A DNA stretch of 64,000 nt. Origin: the human T2T-CHM13v2.0 reference genome, Homo sapiens. The notes under the pieces were generated by a model, which ran no database searches, was not told where the DNA came from, and worked only from the letters and a program-made list of their open reading frames with translations. Each line of letters begins with the position of its first letter. The first letter of the stretch is position 1. Location: the NCBI RefSeq assembly GCF_009914755.1, contig NC_060932.1; one strand, written 5' to 3'. Both the position numbers and the translations under genes were made by a program. Below, piece after piece: positions 58,179 to 64,000 of this stretch.

Positions 58179-59474
58179 TTTAAAGCTAACAAATTTACTG
58201 ATACATTTGGCTTCTTATGGGCCATTGTCCTTGAGCACTTTCAACACTCATTGAACATTTACTGTGTGCCCAACATTCTGACATGCACTTTACATGCATT
58301 TTCTTATTTAGTCTTCATAACTCCATGCAGTAAGCATTGCTGATATCCCTGTTCCCTAGTTTAATAAAATGAGGCATGGAAGAAGCAAGGACAAAATTCA
58401 CAGCTACTGAAAAGTGAGACTGTGATTCAAATGCAGAGTGTCTGACCCCGGAGCCCAAGCTCATGGGTACCCCTATGTCATGCTGAATTTTTGCTAGTCT
58501 TCCCTCTGGCAGAATTTGCATGACAGGAGTAAGAATTTTAACTACAGAGGGTCCTGGCATATTTTCGTTATTACCAACTAAATGTAACTGGCATCATAGT
58601 GTTGTTCATCACGGTTTCCATCTACCATAACATCTGCCAATGTGCTGCCATACCATTGGCCTAAACATTGACACAAAGAGAGAAGTCAGATCACAGAGGT
58701 AACCTGTCTTGATTTTCAAATAGGTAAACTCTGGCAAACAATATATTTTTGCACTCAACACTGATTCCGATTCCAAAAATTCCTGGAACTGGCAAGAAGA
58801 TGGCAGAAGCAAAATGTAAACATTGTCAGTGCTTGTAACAAATGATAGTTAATAAAACCTGAAAAGATTATAGCTCAGAAACTGATTTCTTGTGTTTCCC
58901 ATTATTTAATAATTTATTATACGAAATCCATTGACCTTTCCATGGCTCTTTTTTTTGAGGAAGAGAGAAACCTGGAACGTTAATTATGGCTTAGCTATTT
59001 TATTAAGCAGCATTAGCATACAAATAGGACATCAATAACCAATTACAATCTTCATCTTGGGAAAGCAGGTCTCCTCCATCCCCTCTGTGAGTGCTAACTC
59101 AGCCACTTAAAGGTCTTGGGCACTTCATGATGATGGCATTCAAGGCTCTTCTCAATCAACCCCCAGGTGGTCTCTCTAACCTGACACCCTGCCCCTCCCC
59201 TCTGCATGCTGCTTTCTAGCCAAGCAGGGGTCTACCTGCTGCACTCCAAGCAGAGCCTATGCCCATCGGCCTGTGTTTCTTATCTCCTGCCAATCCTGGC
59301 CACCCAATCTCTGACTCTTTAATTCCTCAATTCTGTGCAGTCACCTCCCATTCTTCATTTATTCAGCAGATGCTGAGGGGATACTAGCTAAATACCAATC
59401 ACTGAGTGACTCAGGGGAAACACCAGGAGCAAAGCAGACATGATTCCTCCCTGCCTGAGGCCTACAGGCTAGTG

Positions 59475-59698
59475 CAGGGGTCAATAAACTTTCTCTCTAA
59501 AGGGCCAGATAGTAAATATTTTGGGCTCTGCCTAACACAGTGTCTGTTGCAGCTCCTCAATTCTGCCTTTGTAGTGGGAAAGCAGCCACTGACATGACAC
59601 AAATGGATGGAAATGGCTGTGCTCCAATGACACTTTGTTTATACAAAAATAGGCAGTAGTCTGGACTTGGTCTATAGGCCACAGTTTGCTGACCCCTG
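59475..59698 (+). mobile_element. MER58A (hAT-Charlie), full length
   Basis: TIRs CAGGGGTCAATAAACT / AGTTTGCTGACCCCTG; AAAGGGCCAGATAGTAAATATTTT. Confidence 0.93.
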
Positions 59699-59932
59699 GT
59701 TTAGAGCATTGAACTCTGAAATTGAAGAGGGCTAGGTTAGAAATTCGAAATCCAGCTACTCCACCTATCATCATGTCGTCTTCAGCAAGTTTCTCTGCAC
59801 CTCAGTGTCTTCATCTGTAAAAAGGAGAAAATGAAGTATACACCAGGCTCTGTTTTCCCAGTAAAATCCATCCCGTGGTTCCCATGAGTCATATCCAGAC
59901 TTTTCACCATGACCTGGAGAGGCCTTCAATGA

Positions 59933-60258
<326 letters not shown>

Positions 60259-61329
60259 CCCACTTACTCTTCTACCCCTTCGTTACTGGTTCTTGAGCTC
60301 CTGACTCCATTTCTGTGGTGCTGATCTTCCTTCCCACCCCAGGGCCATTGTGGATGCAGCACCAGCTCCTGGGATTGCCCTCCTGCTGTGGTCACATGTC
60401 AGCTCCTATCCTTCAGGGTCCAATTTCAAGTGCAGTTCCCTTCAAGAGGCTTTCTGTGACCATCCGGTCTATATTCACCCACACACACGTGGAGGAACAG
60501 CCACCAGTCCTTCCCCATCTTCACTCCTTGTTTGTTTCTTTGGTAGCATTTACGCCAATTTGTATTTGTTTGTTTAACTCTTCATTTTATGTCCCTCGAC
60601 TAAATTATCCGTCCCATGAGTGCATGGACTTCACTGTACCTCTAGCATCCAGCCCAGTGTTGGCATGAACTGATTAATCAATGAAAGAATATTTGTGTCA
60701 TTAGTAAGTCCATCAATAAATGATGGCAGGTGAATGCGTCTCAATTTAAAAAGCAGCATGGTGTTTTTTCTCTTCCACAGTTTCATCAAGCATGGTGGAC
60801 CAATGCCTCATGTCTCTTCGTTTCCTCTGGCACTAATTCCATCTTAGAGCTGGTTACATTTTGATTTCTGAAATGATTAAATCGTTGACATGTAGCATTT
60901 AATTTGAGTATGTCCCAAATACCCTACGCTGAGATACCCCTAGGGTTTCTAGGGTTCCCTTCTTCTTATTCCTGGTGAGTTTTCTTCTTTCTCTGAAGAA
61001 CCCGTTCAGACAAAAGACAGCAAGACCAAGGTATGAAAAATTGACCAGGGGTTCTGGTCTCAGCTCCCTCAGGTTGGCTGTGTGAGCCTAGACAATTCAA
61101 GCAACCTCTCTGAACTTGTTTTTTTTCAATTGCAAATGTAGAAGATGAACAGATTAAGCAACAAAAATCTAATACTCTGGAGCAGTCACCAGCTCTTGAG
61201 CCAATGGTGTTAGCAGATACAAGAGAACAAGAAAAAAAATTGAACATACCTGCTTCAAAGGAGCACACCACTTTAAAGCAAGTAATCCAACGTTACCCCC
61301 TTTTGTGGAGCTCTCAGCCAGAGTGGACT

Positions 61330-61700
61330 GGCTTGGGCCAAGCCAGTCCCTGAAATGATTAATTATTGTAACAGCAGAGAGTTAAATGAAGAAGCGACAG
61401 ATGGCCCATGTGAAATAGTCTAAAATCACCTGCTATGAAATTAATTCCACATCTTAGAGGCTTGGGGCTCAGAACACCATGCAAAAAGTGACTGTTGATA
61501 AATTGTGTGTGTTTGTGTGTCAGCCTCTCTGCAAACACCTAAATAATATATGTCGTGTCATGTTTTCTTTCCTCCATCTCCTTTTAATGTATTATCATTT
61601 ATAGAAAACTGCAGGGAAACGTGAAACATCAATCAAGCCATTAATTCCTGAGATTATGCTAATGAGATGCCTGGAGCGTTTGTTTCCCAGAATAGCTGCT
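61330..61700. promoter_or_regulatory. Candidate enhancer-like repeat-free block
   Basis: several ATTA/TAAT cores; CAGATGG E-box; ACATCAATCAA 61626-61636; ATGCTAATGAGAT 61656-61668; motif-only evidence. Confidence 0.35.
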
Positions 61701-62009
61701 CCTCCCAGCCCCAGGAAGGAGCTCTTGGCTCCCCCCAGCTCAGCCCTCTCTGCTTAGATCAGGAGCCATTGGCACCCAGCGGGGTGCTCCTCTTAAAAGG
61801 GCACTGCGACGTCAGCACTGGCACGGGGAGGATTTGCCCAGCCAGACAGCAAAGGCAAGCCACAGATGAAACAGAAAACGTGTGAGACAAAAAGACCAGA
61901 GAGATGTGAGAGCTCAGCTAACGAGCTCAGGAGGCCTCTGCCACAGTTATCTGTCCTGCTGGTGAGCACAGTGGAAGAGGAAGACAAAAATGAAATAAAA
62001 GCAGTAAGA

Positions 62010-62710
62010 GCTTTTCGAGGGATGGGGAGATAGGCGTGATGGTTAAAAGGTACAAAAATCCAGTTAGACAGAAGGAAAATCATTGTTTTGTTTTGTTTTA
62101 AGTCCTAAAGCACAGCAAGGTAAATATACAGATATTCCTAAATGTACGATAGGGTTATGTCCCAGTAAACACGGAAAGTTGGAAATATCCTAAGTCGAAA
62201 GCATTTAATACACTTAACCTACAGAACATTATAACTTCACCTCACCTACCTGAAATGCACTCAGAACACTTCCATTAGCCTATAGTTGAGGACAGTCATC
62301 TAATACAAGGCCTATTTTATAATAAAATATTGTATTAAATATCTCACACAATTTATTATATACTGTACTGGCAGTAAAAATAGAATGGGTACTCAAAATA
62401 TGGTTTCTACTGAGTGCGTATAGCTTTTGCATCATGAGAAAGTCAAAAAAGTTGTTTGTCTCACCTAAGTAGTCAAGAACTGTCTGTAGTTGGTAGTTTG
62501 TGTGTAGTATTGAGCATTTCTAAAGTATTCACAGAGTAAATTTCAAATGTTCTCATTACGAAATAATGTTAAGTTCTTGAGGTGATGGATATGTTAACTA
62601 GTTGATTTAATTATTCCACACTGTATTCGTAAATTATAACATCACTTTGTGCTCCATAAATTTACACAATTATCAATTGTCAATTTATAATTTTTTTTTA
62701 AAAAAAAAAA
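62010..62710 (+). mobile_element. L1MA 3' end split by MER47A
   Basis: GGTTAAAAGGTACAAAAATCCAGTTAGACAGAAGG...GAGGTGATGGATATGTTAACTAG + A tail. Confidence 0.88.
62129..62486 (+). mobile_element. MER47A (TcMar-Tigger)
   Basis: TA|CAGATATTCCTAAATGTACGATAGGGTTATGTCCC...AACTGTCTG|TA; GCATTTAATACACTTAACCTAC. Confidence 0.9.
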
Positions 62711-63199
62711 GATGGTTCATCAGCTGAGATGACAAGCAGAGGCCAGAACAGCCATGATTTCTACTCATGTGGAAGCAAATCAGGGTAATGAGGTTGGTGT
62801 CAGAGGAGAAACCTCAATTACAGTAACTACCACTCATGAGGCACTTATTGGCCACTGTACAGCAATGTTGCCTATTATTGCAAGTACTGTCTCCCCCCAC
62901 CCTCTTATCAGTGAGGCTCAGAAGGGGACTCAAGGTTGCCCAGCTGGTGAAAAACTGTGCTGTGTCGCAAATCCAGGTGCACCAGATTCCAGAGCCTGTG
63001 ATCATTCTGCTTTGCATATTGTATATGTATATTTAAAAACTGTGCTAATGAAGCTGACAGGGGTTAAAAAGAAAAAAAAATTAAAAAATTAAAAATAAAC
63101 TGTGCATTTAAATTTACTCTTTGGAAGTCATCCAGAGAAACAGAAAATGAGTTTAGCTGTAGTGTCTTTAACATGCTTCAAAACAAAGTCACAGGCTAC

Positions 63200-63498
63200 G
63201 AACAGATAGGATGAGAAAGCTTGTGGTGACAAAGCAGCTCTGTAGCTCGACAGTGGTGCTGGCTGATCAAAACTACATTTATGAAAAAACTGCATAGAAC
63301 ACAGGCACGCGCACGCACACACACACACACAAACCCTGTGGCTTGAACCAATGTCAATTTCCTGACTGTGATGATATTGTTCTATAGCTGTGCAAGATGT
63401 TACTACTGGGGGGAGCTGGTGTTGTGTCCTTGGGACCACCTTGCACGTTAGTTTGCAACTTGCTATGAGGATATAATTATTTCAAAGTTAAAAGTTGA
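63200..63498 (+). mobile_element. L1ME1-like 3' end with a (CA)n tract
   Basis: AAAACTGCATAGAAC...CCAATGTCAATTTCCTG...TGCAAGATGTTACTACTGGGGGAGCTGG. Confidence 0.8.
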
Positions 63499-63887
<389 letters not shown>

Positions 63888-64000
63888 TTATTCCTGCCCC
63901 CATTACTGACTCTATTTCCTGGTTATTAGAGGTGCATGGTCTTTGGTGGTAAGAATTACACAAAAAGTTCAAACTATGAAAAAAAAGATGGCAGATTTGA

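Overview
Primate, almost certainly human, non-coding genomic DNA. A 5'-truncated SVA that appears to be of a human-specific subfamily and a young AluY are present. I find no credible protein-coding exon, tRNA, rRNA or CRISPR array, and I cannot name the locus. The ORF track is mostly Alu, L1 or LTR read-through or chance ORFs. The window is dominated by interspersed repeats: about 23 Alu/FLAM pieces, L1 3' fragments, many L2/MIR/CR1 relics, MLT1 solo LTRs and DNA transposons (MER20, MER82, MER47A, MER58A, MER5, MER103, a half MADE1). The most interesting object is a minus-strand ERV-L/MER21 element at 18188-21690 whose architecture is that of an mRNA copy rather than a provirus: R-fragment | pol 3' half (tether-RNase H-integrase-dUTPase) - PPT - U3-R - short A tail, with no U5, PBS, gag or RT. 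The R/pol junction falls exactly at a perfect U12-type 5' splice site (GTATCCTTT) seen in the intact LTR copy. Other points of interest: an orphan TSD-flanked 117-bp insertion, an AluJ with an inverted 3' end, other template-switch scars, a palindromic GATA array, and repeat-free blocks with PBX/MEIS and octamer-TAATGARAT motifs. Repeat subfamily names come from recalled consensus sequences, not from a search, and boundaries of old repeats are approximate.
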